The notes under the pieces are model-generated. The model made no database searches. It had not been told where the DNA came from and was given only the letters and a program-made list of their open reading frames with translations. A program made the translations under genes and the position numbers. This document shows, in pieces, positions 48,530-61,976 of a stretch of DNA of 64,000 nt (its first letter is position 1; the number at the start of each line of letters is the position of its first letter). This stretch comes from Oikopleura dioica (lineage: Eukaryota; Animalia; Chordata), in assembly GCA_907165135.1 (NCBI GenBank), contig OU015567.1, positions 9,920,001-9,984,000 of the forward strand. The letters run 5' to 3'.

Positions 48530-49363
48530 TTGTCGGAAATGGTCCCAAAGAAATTCTTACGTCCGTGGAGAGAAAGTGGCGTACAGCCAAGAAAGCTGCA
48601 GAAAAAAGATGATACGGAAGAAATGAAGCAAGATACCTTGGACTACATGTTTTTAATAACAACGGCGAGGGAGAACTTTGAACTTCGAGCATTCCAACGA
48701 AAAGTTCATTTTGAACTTGGCCTGGATAATTCCAGAATTCTTTTTCTGATCGGAAAAGGGCTTTATCGAGAAGATGAGCAAATAACTCGACGAATCGACG
48801 AAGAAAAACTGCTTTTTCAGGATATTGAAGAGTGGAACTTCATTGATTCTTACGAAACTCTCCCGACTAAGACCTTGTTTCGCTACCATAAAGCGAGTCA
48901 GAAACAAGCCAAATGGACAATCTTTCAAGACGATGATGTTTTTATCAACAGAGACAGCTTAGAAAGTGCTTTACTGAACAGAAACCCTAATTCAGAGGAA
49001 ATCTTCTGCCTGGATAAGTTGATCAAAAATGGAAGAGCTCATCGCGTTGGAAAAAATTCGCTGAGTCGAGATCAGTGGCCGGTTGGCTTTCTCTTTCCTC
49101 CTTTTTGCAGCGGTCCAGCATATGTTCTCCCTAGAAAAGCGAGACAGAAGATACTAGATGCAGCAGAGTTGAATAAAAATATGATCGATCACTTTCCTCT
49201 TGAAGATGTTCTTTTCACTGGATTGTTGAGGGAAGCTGCCCGAATAGAGGGAAAAGAGTTGAAACTTATTGAAGACGTAGCTTTTCATTTTGAGATGGAG
49301 AAGCAAATGAAGCTTTCCCAAAAACTTTTTCTCGCGCTTAGAAGGTATGAATATCATGACTAA
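48530..49363 (+). CDS. Beta-1,3-glycosyltransferase, GT31 (B3GALT/B3GNT) family
   Basis: FLITTARENFELR, FQDI..NFIDSYETLPTK, QDDDVFIN (DxD), CSGPAYVL, LEDVLFTG. Start may lie upstream. Confidence 0.88.
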   Translation: MSEMVPKKFLRPWRESGVQPRKLQKKDDTEEMKQDTLDYMFLITTARENFELRAFQRKVHFELGLDNSRILFLIGKGLYREDEQITRRIDEEKLLFQDIEEWNFIDSYETLPTKTLFRYHKASQKQAKWTIFQDDDVFINRDSLESALLNRNPNSEEIFCLDKLIKNGRAHRVGKNSLSRDQWPVGFLFPPFCSGPAYVLPRKARQKILDAAELNKNMIDHFPLEDVLFTGLLREAARIEGKELKLIEDVAFHFEMEKQMKLSQKLFLALRRYEYHD

Positions 49364-50623
49364 TATGTTTAGAGAACAACAATTTTTAAGAAAAGATAAG
49401 TCGACGACATTGAAAGAAGCGAGCGATCTCACTGGCTACATTGGATAATCATCTATAAAATCAGTACTGAATTCGAAGAAAATATATTGTTTCTAGATAA
49501 AATTTTGTTCATTGCTTATTTTGTTTCGGTGAAAATAGTTTCTTTCTCAAAAAAATATTCATTTATCTTCATTTGTCGCGATGGAAAGCAAGCGCTTTCG
49601 TGAGAGAGCTCAGCATAATGGCTGTAGAAATAGAGACGTGTTCTTCAAAAGGTCTTGGTTAAAAATATTATGGAAAGACGTTAATTGCTTCTATCAGACA
49701 ACAAGAATATTTATCCAAAGTAGAGTAACAAAAGAAGATGCTGTTAGACTATCCGATGGATACACAACTGGTGGAGGTTTTACAAGCGTTGATGAAGAAT
49801 ATGCGCAAATCAGAAGGTTATTTGAAATAACTTATTTCGAAGCTTCGATTCTAAAAGAAAGACTTGATCGTACCGTTATTTCAGGCCGCGGCGAGCACAT
49901 TCCCATTCCCCTCGAAAAAGTCGGCGCGTAGCCCCTTCTCCAAGCTCTCGGCAAAAATACGAGCAGCGACCAATGTCACCACTCGCACGACCTACTCGTT
50001 CACCTCCAAAACGAAGGCTTTACGAAAGCCAATGGCCGACGGACTTTGCAAGAGTCGTTCTTACTAGGTAAACTGTTAGCCACCTGCAACTCCTTGAAAT
50101 CAAGGAAGAATAGCATTTTTCTAAATTAATTTTAGGCTTTTTTTACTCATTGACATTGTCGAAAATCTCAATCGTCGTATTCGCATTCTTTCAGAGCATC
50201 CAAGTAAAATCACAGGTACATAAAACTCTTTCATCAAACTTTCAGATTAAATTCTAGCGAGGTTGTCAATCATGCGTCGGTTTTGCGGAGACAATGACGA
50301 TCTCGATCCCATGGAAAGACATCGTTACCAATTTTACGAATGGAGTCGGCTCCATCTATTTTCTGTGCTTGATAACTTTCTTTTTCGCTTTCTTTAACCT
50401 TTCATAACTTCAATTCCTCGTAAATAAATGTCCCTGCTTATTTCCTATAGTTTTCCCAGATCTTTGTTAGGCCTTTTTAACGGCAGGTGTTTTTACGACG
50501 ATTGGTGAGAGATTCCTTTTCTCTAGACTTGACTTTCAGTTTATTTCTTCCTCAAGGCAAATATTGGCGAAGCAATCCAAATAGTGAGTCGCCTTTTCGC
50601 ATCATTTGAAACTCTTCATAATT

Positions 50624-52141
50624 ATGGGACTCGACGCAGAGATTGATATTTCTCCGGAAAATGCATCAGAGATATTGAAGAATCTAAAAGATGAGATCTT
50701 CTGCTCTATTTGCCATTCGATATTAGAAAAACCTGTAAAACTTGACTGCTGTGAGGGTCATTTCTGCGAAAAATGCTTTTTGGAAGTTAAAGAAAAGCAG
50801 CTGTCGACGTGTCCTCTCTGCAGAGCAACAAATTTTAGCGGAAAACCATCTAGGAAGGTGTTTTACAAGATCAATCATTATCCGTTAGTCTTTAACAAGT
50901 TAATTCAATCAATAAGTCCCAGATGTAAACCCTATAACAAGACTCATGACAACCCTTTTGGACTCGATTCATTTAAAATGTCCGGCCCCTGAGTGTTCAG
51001 AAAGAATAGTTCATTCTGAGTTCGATTCCCACAAATCAATCTGTCCATTTCTCAACAAGAAGAAATGTCCTTCATGTTCTATAGAAATGAAAGCAGACGA
51101 GCATGAACGACATGTAGGCTGCAATGATCATCTTTACGCACAAGTTCAAAAATTGAAGACAAGAGTCCAAGAGTTGGAGAAGACAACGAAGACACAGACG
51201 ACTAAGATAGAAAACCAAAGAGAAAGTGTTGCTATTTTCCAAAGAAAATATAACGAGGCCACAGAAAAATCGAAGAAAAAAGACGCTGATATAAAACGAC
51301 TGAATAAAAAGATTGAATCCATCAGTATCGCAAAGGCAAAAGAAATAAATTTATTGAAGGAGAAATTGGGCATTCGAGAAGATGGTATTCAAAGTCTGAC
51401 GAAAGAATTAGCCGATAAAGAAAGCAGTCCTCGCGATCAACGACTTATCAGAAATCTTCAAGCTGAAATTCAAGAGCTGAAGAAAACGAACGACAATCAG
51501 GAAACTTGTGCAAAAGTTCAATTGAAAGAATATGAAAACTCCAACGCAAAATTAAGAGAAGAAATCAAAAGACTCAAAGAGCAATTGGAAGAATGCTCAA
51601 GGGCAGCTAAATATAAAGAAACAAACGCAAAACAGAAACAATCTGCTGTTGAAGATAAATTGAGAAAAGAAATTAAGGACTTGAAGCAATCGTATTCATT
51701 ATTGAAAGCTAGTCAAAATCAAATCAGCGCGCTCTGCTCATCTAAAACGAAGAAGATTGAAAATTTGGAGAAGTTTGCCAAAAGTATGCAGGAGGTACAT
51801 GGAGATGAAACTAAAAAGTTGCAGTCGAAATTCGAGGCAAAGCAACAGGAAAAGATCGAGTTAGAAAACAATCATTCAGCAGCAAAAGCTCAGATGAGCG
51901 CAGATATCTCAATAAAAACTCATCAACTCAACAAACTCAACAGTGAATTCGACAAGCAAGCATTGGAAATTCAGGAATTAAGGAAAAGGCTTCAAGAACA
52001 GAAGAAGGAGAATGAAACTCTTGCTGGTCTTTACGAGAGTGAGAGAAAGGTATGATAAATTAAAAGAAAGTATTCATCAATATTAAGGCCCGCGAAAAGA
52101 GGGAAACGTCTGGCTTTCTACTTGACTTCATTTGGGAATAA
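50624..52141 (+). CDS. RING-HC plus TRAF/SIAH-type zinc finger plus long coiled-coil protein (putative E3 ligase)
   Basis: CSICHSILEKPVKLDCCEGHFCEKC..CPLCR; LKCPAPEC..EFDSHKSICP; ~300 aa heptad-rich region; last exon 52088-52141. Confidence 0.85.
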
Positions 52142-52664
52142 ATTGATAAAACTGTGAATAAATAAAAACGAAATAAAATCTCTCGTAAATTTTTAATCAT
52201 TATTATAACATTATATATAACATTTTCTAGCTTCGGATGAAGAAAAAATGAATGCGCCTTTATCTTAGGATGACTGTCTATTGAAGATTATTTCAGTATT
52301 GAAAATTAGGATAAATAAACAATTCAAAAGCTTATTTCCTTGACTCGTCTTATTTTAAAAATCTTGTTCAATTGTACTCTAGCCCATTTTCCGTCGACTT
52401 TTTACATATCCGATATCGACGCATTCTAAAGCGATTTGCCGGAGGCATGTGCATTAAATGTGAGGGCGTGTAGATCGATCGGGCCTTGAACTCTAGCGTA
52501 GGTCGGCGCGCGGACCCAATGTCTTTGTCGTAAACGGTCGCACGTAGGTCAACATTGATTACTATCTTAATTCTTTACTCATCAAAGAAGACTCAAAACC
52601 AATGACGAGTCACTAGCCCAGGGCTGCTCTTTTTTTTCCTACATCAACAGAGATTACCACACAA

Positions 52665-54340
52665 ATGTCAAGACTCACGATATTGGCGATTATAATCGCA
52701 CTCATTCACACTTCCGATGCTTCAGGTGATCCCCCTTTTCACGAAAAAAAGATCCCTCATAAAATAGAAACTCACAACAAAAAACTAAGAAAGAGAGTAA
52801 CAATAAAAGATCCGTCCAACGTGGATTTTTGTAAAAGCAAATTTATTGAGCTTTTTGTTTCTTTGAATTAAAATTCTAAGGGTAATCATATTCTTGGGCA
52901 AGTATTCTCATAAGATGAAATTGATAAATATTGAATTTTAGAATCCTGACTGGTAAAACTAACCCTTTCTAGGAATTCTAACAATCATTTCAGCAGGAAG
53001 AAACCGATTCCAAATCTACAAGTCAAAATCTTCGCTCAACTTCTACGATGCCCAGAAACGCTGCCGTGTTAAAAACATGGAGCTAGCAAACAAGAATGAT
53101 TTATACGCGGAAGAAGACCACGTACGCCAGAACTTGAAGAAGGGAATCCACTACTGGTTCGACGATTGCTTCAAATTGTCGACAACGGGGTCGTTTCGAA
53201 AGGCCATCTGCGGAGAATCCGACGAGGCGACAAATGGCTACGTCTGTGAAATGCGCGCTATCGAGGTTGAAAAATTCGTCTCCGACAGTGGCTGGCCCAT
53301 TTTTCTAGACTGGAAGTCAGTGCTACAGGTAAAAACAAAAAAGCATTAGATAAATGATGAGGGTTGAAAGCGAACGTTTCATAAAAACGCGCATTTTATT
53401 AAAGCGACTGCTGGTCGCCAACATTTTTCTCTGGTCGACCGGCGAGTGTTTATTTTCATACCAAGAGGTTCAAATACGCTTGGAATTATAAAATAAGGCA
53501 AATGATTTTTTCAGCTAACGAGGGGCGAATCGTCTTGGCAAGGATGGTTGTCCGCGGTTACGATTATTATTTATATAACTTGGGGCATCGCTGGTTGCCT
53601 TGCAATCATCATTTTGGGATACCTCATTTTCGATCGTATCGATAATTCAGGAACCGGGTTTTATTTGATCATTTCCAATTGCCAATTCGAATTTGAAAGT
53701 GCTTGAATATGAAATGAAACCCGAGAAAAAGAAGAGCCCGTGCAGAGTGCGGTCGAAGACGTTCTGCTAAATGATAACTCGTTTTACAACGATTTGGAAC
53801 AGTTGCGCCTCGATATTGACGCGTATGTCGATCACACGTCGAAACGGATTAACTCAAAAAGGTTTGGAAGGCGCAGCAATAAGATTTCGATATTTAATTA
53901 GATCCTGCTTTCGGAAGTTTCAGTACGCACCGATAACAGATACAACGTATGATTTGCGGCTGATAAAAGCGATGACTCTCCAATTATCAAGAATAAACAC
54001 ACTGGTTGGGAACAAACAGGACGATTTCATTCAAGCAGTGATGGATAGAATCGCAGATATGGAACTGACGGAGCTCGCTGGTAGTCAAGAGATTGATGTC
54101 TGCGAGCTCGTTACTAAACTGAGTCAGTACTTGAAGGTATGCTTTCTGATAATCACGGGCTTACTGAATATTAAGTGAAACCATTAACTGCTTTTTTAAA
54201 CGCCTTGTTTATATTTTCATAAGATTGAGCCATCGATTCTGATACAATAACTTGTTCAACAATTGTAATAAGAATAGCTTCAATCTCATAAAACTCCCCA
54301 TAAAAATAAGCTGTACTTTAGCGACTGAACATGCAAAAGC
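52665..54340 (+). CDS. Type I membrane protein with a compact C-type-lectin-like ectodomain
   Basis: Signal peptide MSRLTILAIIIALIHTSDA; LNFYDAQKRC..MELA..YW..C..C..YVCE; TM IIIYITWGIAGCLAIIILGYLIF; cytoplasmic exons. End approximate. Confidence 0.55.
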
Positions 54341-54971
54341 GCCTGAAAGAAGAGTAACTTATCGAAGAGTCGAAATAATCGTCCTCTCTTCAGCCTGACA
54401 CGACCGCTGACTGGTGCTACAGTTACTGTACCTTTTACTAGTAATCTCATCTATTTATGGTCCCATTTGCAAAACATTAAACACAACAACGGTTTCCCTG
54501 CATAATAAAAACCGTCTCGCCATTCATAAAAATGCTCTGGATTATTTATTCAGGAAGAACTGTAGCAGCTGTGATTTGTACTAAAGTAGAAAAGTATCGA
54601 ACTTTTTTGCGGAACATGCATTTGCTTGAACATGATTTTACTGATTAGTATTTTGCGTTCATGACTGTTGAGCTTGTTTGGCTTTGTATTCGTCTGTTGT
54701 TTGATAGTGGAGAATTCGGCCGACCTGCATCGCTCCAGTTAGCCCGAGTGCGAGATTGACGGAAAATAAAACGTAGTTTTTCGGAATGATCACCATTGAG
54801 TAACGGCTCCAAATGAAGCCAGTGGCGGTGAGGGAAGCGGATTGATTCAGTGACAGTTTTTCAGCCGGTCTAAAAGGGTGTTATGAATAGTTCTTAAATT
54901 AAGAATTATATTAAAATTAAGAATTATATTAAATATAAAGCTTCAGCCACAGGTCGGTGAACTGTCTGGAA

Positions 54972-55041
54972 ACCTGAGTCAGGGTCTGAAATATCTTTTA
55001 TGAAAAATTCTGGCGAAGATCTTTCAGACCCTGACTCAGGT
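54972..55041. repeat. Perfect 20 bp inverted repeat built on the ACCTGAGTCAGGGT motif
   Basis: ACCTGAGTCAGGGTCTGAAA (54972-54991) pairs with TTTCAGACCCTGACTCAGGT (55022-55041). Confidence 0.85.
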
Positions 55042-56498
55042 ATTCTACTCAGCTTGCCGAACCCAGATCCAAGAATCACCTGAAATAATCACCAATTCCG
55101 GCAAAAACAAGGGCCCATTTCCACGCAGGCGCCCAGAAAAAGACTGTCTTTGGCCCAGCAGGATGATCTGAAACATCGACATAAAATCAACAACGAATCA
55201 GACACGCATGCTGCATACACACTCGTTGTATGTCTAGTTACTCAAATGATGAAAACGAGAAATTGTTGTTTAATGACTTTTCCAGTCTGACTTACCCAGC
55301 CATGCTTTTTGAGAGGCAGACAGAAACCTTCTCGTGGCGAAATTTGTGAACCGATTCCACATTCTTTTCTGAAAGAGAAAATCCTAACTTGAGAAAATTT
55401 TGATTTCATATTTTTTAAAAAAATAATGCTCTTAGATTTTCAGTAAGATCAATTGTAAGTGCAACATTTAAGATTTTAGAAAGAAGAATTTTTAAATACG
55501 ATCAATCTATGTCAATAAAAGTACAATTTTGAATGTCAATAACATTTTAAAGTAAGAAGAAGACAGAAATCTTCAGTAAATAAAGTTGATATCTTCTATG
55601 ATGATTATTCTCTTATTAAACTTGATCCGTTTCTTCCATCATTATCACGTAAAAATGATTTTTAGCAATTCCTAAATTAGCAATTTTGTAGAGTCTAGGG
55701 TGGTTGATTGGGCGCGCAGCAGTGAACCTACGCATTCCTCTGAAAATGGTCGAAAAAGAGAAATGAAAGAATGAAAAAGAAAACGAAAAACAACGAAAAT
55801 GGTCTTTTCCGCTTTGACGGTTTATTTTCGCGGCGCCCGAATCAACAATTTTCATCGGCGAAAATCGTCCAAAAACCGCTCATTTTGTTCGAAGTCGCGC
55901 TTTCAAATTCCCTTTTTTCCAAGAGGAGAAAATTAAGATCAACGCAGTATTCAAGTATTGATCCGGTTATCTGCCAAGGCCGAGGGGATGAGGATTCAAC
56001 CCAGCTATGAAAAAAATAAACAGTAGACAGAGATAGAGAGACAGAGAAATTTTATAGTTCCGTTTTTATCAGACTTTTACGACCGTTTTCATAAACCGCA
56101 AAACACAAAGCACTGAACAAATGACTTTTCAAGTGTGGCTTATTTTTGGCATTTTTGACAAATCGAAATCATTACTCAAAGTGAAATTTTCCAGAAAATC
56201 TTGTAACTTTCAACTCATGTATTTTGTGATTTCTTTATTGCTCAGAATTTCAATATTGACTTTTCCGAAGACTTTCAATATTTACGGTTATCGTAATTAT
56301 TCGCTGTTCATATTCGATTCTTGTAGGAATGAAATTCTGTTCAGAAAAAGTAAAACTTCTGTCTGTTTAGATGAACAGTCTGTGACGAGTGATATTGTTG
56401 AGCTGTTGTAGTCGAAATTGGAGAAAGAGAAAACAGAACTTCGATTAGATTGATTGGAAAGCGTCAGAGTCAGAGTCAATCAGAGGCACAAAACAACA

Positions 56499-58869
56499 AT
56501 GCAGGCGTCTGGGTTGCTCAGAAACGTCAGAAATGTCGTCCACAACTACACAGAAGTGGAGATCAAGGTCCGAGAGGCCACTAGTAATGATCCATGGGGA
56601 CCAAGGTACAGAGCTTTTATAATGGCAAATTTTCATTTATCCCAGTTCGTCGATCATGGCCGAAATCGCGGATTTAACGTACAATATGACCGCTTTTCCG
56701 GAAATAATGGGAATCATCTGGAAGCGGCTGTCGGACACGGGTAAAAACTGGAGACATGTTTACAAATCGTTAGTGCTGCTCGACTATCTCGTCAAAACCG
56801 GCGCCGAGCGAGTTCAAAATCAGTGCAAAGAAAATATTTATTCCATTCAAACTCTCAAAGATTTTCAATACGTCGACAAGTAAGGAAAGGTTTTATTCAT
56901 TTTCTTATAACATTCTTTCAGTCGGGATTACAAAGATCACGGAAAAAACGTCCGTGAACGAGCGACACAACTCGTCAGTTTGCTGAAAGACGAGGAAAGA
57001 CTGCGAAACGAGCGGGACAAGTCGCTCAAGAACAAGGAGCGTTTCTCGAAGCAAACAACTGCCATGGGCTCCCACACGGGTCACGTGACTGGCATGGGTT
57101 CTTCAGGGAGAATGCCTGATTCTAGCTACAGACCTGGAAACTCCGGCGAAGAAGAACTACAGCTTCAACTTGCTTTGGCTATGTCTAAAGAGGAAGCAGA
57201 AGCAAAGGTAGTAATTTCTTTTGGCGTGTCTTTTATATATTCTTGGTGTTTCCCGTATTTATTCGTATACTTGGTGTTTACTGTAAAAGCAAATGTGTTC
57301 ATAGGAGAAACAGGATCGCGAAGATCAGGTCCGAATAGAACTGGCAATCAAAGAGTCGCTCAAGAACGAGCAAGCAGCGGCTGGTCCTTCTCAATCTCAT
57401 CCGCCCCCGCAGCAGGTTCAAGCCCAAGCCCCGCAGTCAGCTGTCGATGACTTACTGAACCTCGATTTTGGAAACGAGCCGGCGCTGCCAGTGCAACAGA
57501 ACCCTTGGGGCCAAGGAGCGAGCGGCACTCCCTCTCCAAGGGATCCTTTTGGCGCTCCCGCAGCTGCCGATCCCTTTGGGGCCCCTCAATCAAACGTGAG
57601 ATTCATCCTCCCAACAAACCTAGAACAAAATCATTTTCAGGCACAAAGCACGCCCTTTGGAAACCCCGCTCTTCCCGCTTCCTCTGATCCTTTTGGAGCA
57701 TCAGATCCTTGGGGTTCTAAAGCTCCAGCAACGAGTCAGCCAGAGCCTCCAAAAGCAGCTGATCCGTTTGGTGATGCTTTTGGATCTAGTGCTGCTCCAG
57801 TTGCGGCTCCTGTTTCTTCCGCAGCGGATCCATTTGGTGCTCCTTCTTCATCCGATCCGTTTGGATCCGCAGCTCCGGCCGCTCAGCCCCCAGCAACGGC
57901 GACTGGATCTGATCCATTCGGCGCTTCAGATCCGTTTGGCTCACCGAGTAAGACGAAAAAGCGACTGTTATACGTTAAAACTTTAGTCGTTTATGATTTT
58001 CCTAGCGCGTACTTTGATATTTGTCCTCTTTGTGGTAAAACATTTATTCATTTACATCTTCAGTTATACTTCGGACTAAGTACCGTATTTCTAGCGCTAA
58101 CAAGATTTTCTAAGGCAATAACAACACACAGCCAAGTTCTGATCTTTTCTCCTTGCCATCCGCTGATACGAATGCAAATGCTTTCGACATGGGAGGCATG
58201 CAATCGTCCCTGGTAACAAACCATACCTATCACAGTTCGAAGGTTTTGTTTAGCCAAGCGAACAGGCCCCAAAGAAAACAGCTCAATCCTTCCTCGGTTC
58301 AGCTTCTGGCCTTGTCAACTTAGACGCCCTCGTCAGCCGACCAAAACAAGTGAACACGAATCCGTTCGGTAACACACCTTCAGGAAACGAGCTTCAAATT
58401 AAGTCTCAATGTTGTATTTTTCTTGTCGTAATTGAAATTTCTCAACCGTGATTTGTCATTTTAATTTTCGTCGGGTAAGGTGAAATTGATGTCATCGAAT
58501 AATTGTACATGTAATTTGAACTGTGTAAAAGGCAGTAATCCATTCCAAATCAATACTCCAGGTCCTTCAATGAATGAAATGCAGCGAAATGCCCAGCAAC
58601 AGTCCATGGGTCTTCAACAGGTTAATCAGGTTAACATAACAAGGAGTTATTTCTTCTTCCTAGCCAATGGCACCCTCTCCTGTTGGAGGAATGAACCCGA
58701 TGATGAGCCAGCCGCAAGCAGCCCCCGTTCAAAATATTTTTGGAGCTCCTGCCATGGCCAATCCCTGGGGACAGAGGTAATCAAAGCCAATATACTTGTT
58801 ATTCACTAATTTCCCTAATTCAGTATTGGTGGAAACGATCAGAAGCAATCAAACAACCCTTTCTTATAA
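56499..58869 (+). CDS. EPN: Epsin (ENTH domain, UIMs, DPF/DPW repeats, NPF motifs)
   Basis: NVVHNYTEVEIKVREATSNDPWGP, WKRLSDTGKNWRHVYKSL, UIM EEELQLQLALAMSKEEAE, many DPFG, terminal NNPFL*. Confidence 0.96.
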
Positions 58870-59356
58870 AAAACAAAAACTGAAAACAACGAACCGTATA
58901 AACTACTGTTTGTCCTGTAGCCTGATGTTCATGCATTCTATTCCCCCTATTCCTATTTCCGACTATCGGCAACTGAATTTCATTCAAGCTCGATAAAAAT
59001 CTCGTTCCGGCGCTTTTTTCTAAAATTCAACTTCGCGCCACTATTTTTATTTTCCTTCCCAGTTTCACTTTTTTTTTGAACACATGAAAAGATAAAAATA
59101 CATAAACGAATTTCTTCTTGTGCAATATAGCAACAGACTCAACATCTAAAAAGATCCTACTTTTTTTTTCTTTCTCCCTAAAAATGATATTCACCAATCA
59201 AAGTAACATGTGTTTATTATTTTGTTCTGTAAATAATAAAAGTTCAAAACATGTTTTCTTCAACTGGTAAATTTTGTCTTTTGGACATTTTTCGCTGCGA
59301 ACAAATCGCGCTTTTGAATAGCAGCATGCGAAACCGGTCAGTTTGGCTATTTCGCC

Positions 59357-61326
59357 ATGAGAGCAGAGACATTATTTTTATTCTTTTTTTGGGGGACTGT
59401 TGGAGTTCCAATTAATTATGACAAAACTACAGAGTGCTACAAGACTTGCGCCTTCTATTTCCCCACTGAATGGATTCCCTACTGTTTGACGGTAATGGTT
59501 GCTTTCACCGAAGATCTTTTAATTTATTTTTGAAGCACTTTTGCGAGGAAGAGTTGAATGATCATTTTGCTGACGAGAGTAGCTATCAGTATTCCTCTTA
59601 TGATTCCAGTTATGAAGGCTATTATCCGGAAACAACTACCAGCACATTCACGTCGACAACTACTTCCACGACTTCCACTTCCACGACCTCTACTTCTACG
59701 ACCTCTACATCTACGACAACAACCTCTGAGGACCTCTCCTACTACGATGGTTACAATTATCCATCTTACAACTTCGAAAATCGCGTTGAAAATAGCAACA
59801 GCTTCACCACTACTTCGACTTCTTCAACTACAACCTCCACAACTGAAAATTATGACGACATAATTTATGATATTTATGAGTACTACAACGATCCGAATTA
59901 CGAATCCTATTATCGAAACGCTGATAACGACTGGGATTGGTATTTTGATGGGTATTCTGACTCTTATTCGGACTGGTATTCGGACTGGTATTCTAACAGT
60001 CATTCGGACTGGTATGACGATTGGGAATCGAATTGGGAATACCCTACTTCTACGACCATATCAACAACTACCGGTGAACTAGAGGGATATGACGATTGCG
60101 ATTCGATAATAGGAACTGAAGAATGGTATGATTGCATCCGACCATCTGAAGCATCGACAACTACGGAAAGTCCCTTCGTAGCTTCTTTCGAATCTAATTT
60201 CAACTTTCATCAATGTGGCATTTCTACATCCCTTTTGGAACAAGCAGCAGGAGAGTCTGGAGGAGCACTGGTGAGCATTCACGACCCACCAAGTGGAATT
60301 GAAGTGATCGAAATCGGGAACGTCATCATCAACGGAAAGGACGTTGAAGATCCAACGATGTTTCCTTGGATGGCAGCTTTGAGAACCAACAGCGGTTTTC
60401 ACTTCTGTGGCGGGGCAATTATCGGCGCGCGTTGGATTCTAACTGCGGCGCACTGCCAGTTCGACAAGGATACGTCTGTTGTGGTAACAGGCACGCTGGA
60501 ACGATCGAACGATGGGTTAAAGACTGTTTCTGAAGCTGATGCTGTGTTTGATCATCCACAGGCAGATGTAAGATACATATGATTTCGAATAAAAGATCAC
60601 TCAAATTTAGACGACTCCGTATGGAACCTGGAAGCACGACATCACTCTTATCTACTTGAAGACGGAACTTGTCTTTTCTGACTTTGAGCAACCAGTCTGT
60701 CTTCCGAATCCTTACGAGAGCTTTGCCGGGCAAGCCTGTCATTTAGCCGGCTGGGCAGGGGTGGATAATTTGAAATCATTTCATTATTCCATTTTTTCCA
60801 GAGCAAAACTGGCTTGATGAATCAGTCTGAAATATTCAGGACTGATTCGAATATATAAAAGATGATAACATGCGAAATTTCAAGCCGATTCATCAAGCCA
60901 ATTTTGCTCTAGAATAAAATGGAATAATGGTTGATTTCAAAATATCCACCCCTGCGGCTGGGGCCGAACTGACAACACGCCTCCTGAATACACTGACCAG
61001 CTCCAGTACGCAACGATGCGAGGTGATAAGCTCTTCTCTCGTGTTCTTCCAATTTACATTTTTAAGTTGATAGTTACTGTGGCGCTTATCAATCTCTTCT
61101 GACTTACGATGAATCTTTCTGTGCTGGCTATCACCAGGATAATTCAGGCTGCAACGGCGACTCCGGAAGTGCGCTAGTGTGCCGTTCCGATGAGTCAAGT
61201 GAAAGCTTCGTCGTCGTTGGAGTGACAAGCTGGGCTTCGGGTGCGTGCCATGGTGAAGAACCGACAGGCTTCGCAAATGTTGCCTTTCACATGGACTGGA
61301 TTCGACAAGTCATCAGCGAAAAGTGA
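59357..61326 (+). CDS. Secreted S1 (trypsin-fold) serine protease with a Thr/Ser- and Asp/Trp/Tyr-rich N-terminal extension
   Basis: Signal peptide MRAETLFLFFFWGTVG; HFCGGAII..WILTAAHC; HDITLI; SGCNGDSGS; VVGVTSW. Catalytic triad complete. Confidence 0.92.
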
Positions 61327-61568
61327 AATCACCTTATTAGACCAGAACTCCTCTAGAATAATGTTTTCTATCTGTCAATGTCTGTTGTTTATTTTCGCCT
61401 GTTTCTGCAGTTGAAATATATAAATTATCATCAAATCATCGTCGTTTTACGTTCAGAAAGCAAAGTTGCGAAAACAGACAAAATGAGTAGATTCAGAAGC
61501 GTCCCAACGATGCTCAATCAAGTCAGATCTTTGAACATGGTAAAAGTTACCATATCTTCTCTACTATA

Positions 61569-61976
61569 CCGTCGTTTTCCATCTTAAGAGCGTTTTTCAG
61601 ATGACAAGGGTAGACCTAAACGCTCTTAAATTGGAAAATTTACGATCAAACTAGGATGACAGTGGGAAAAAAATGATGAATGAAAATGCATAAAATGAAC
61701 TTTTTCCAAAACTCTAAAAATGCATCTGAGGTCATTTTTACCTATTTATTATAAAAAAATTACGATCTTTGAATCAGAGGCTATGATTTCACCTGAAAAG
61801 AAGCGTAGAAAACAATTTTTTTCAATGATTTTTCAGGTTGAAATAAACGTTATTCTTATTATTAATTAAAAATTCCTAAAAACGCTCTAAAGTTGGGATT
61901 TTTTCAGATAACAAAATTTGGAAAATATTGGCAAAAACGCTCTTAAGTTGGGCGCTCTTAAGATGGAAAACCACGG
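61569..61976. mobile_element. 408 bp Tc1/mariner-pogo-type MITE with TA TSD
   Basis: TA|CCGTCGTTTTCCATCTTAAGAGCG ... CGCTCTTAAGATGGAAAACCACGG|TA: 24 bp TIR, 1 mismatch. Confidence 0.88.
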
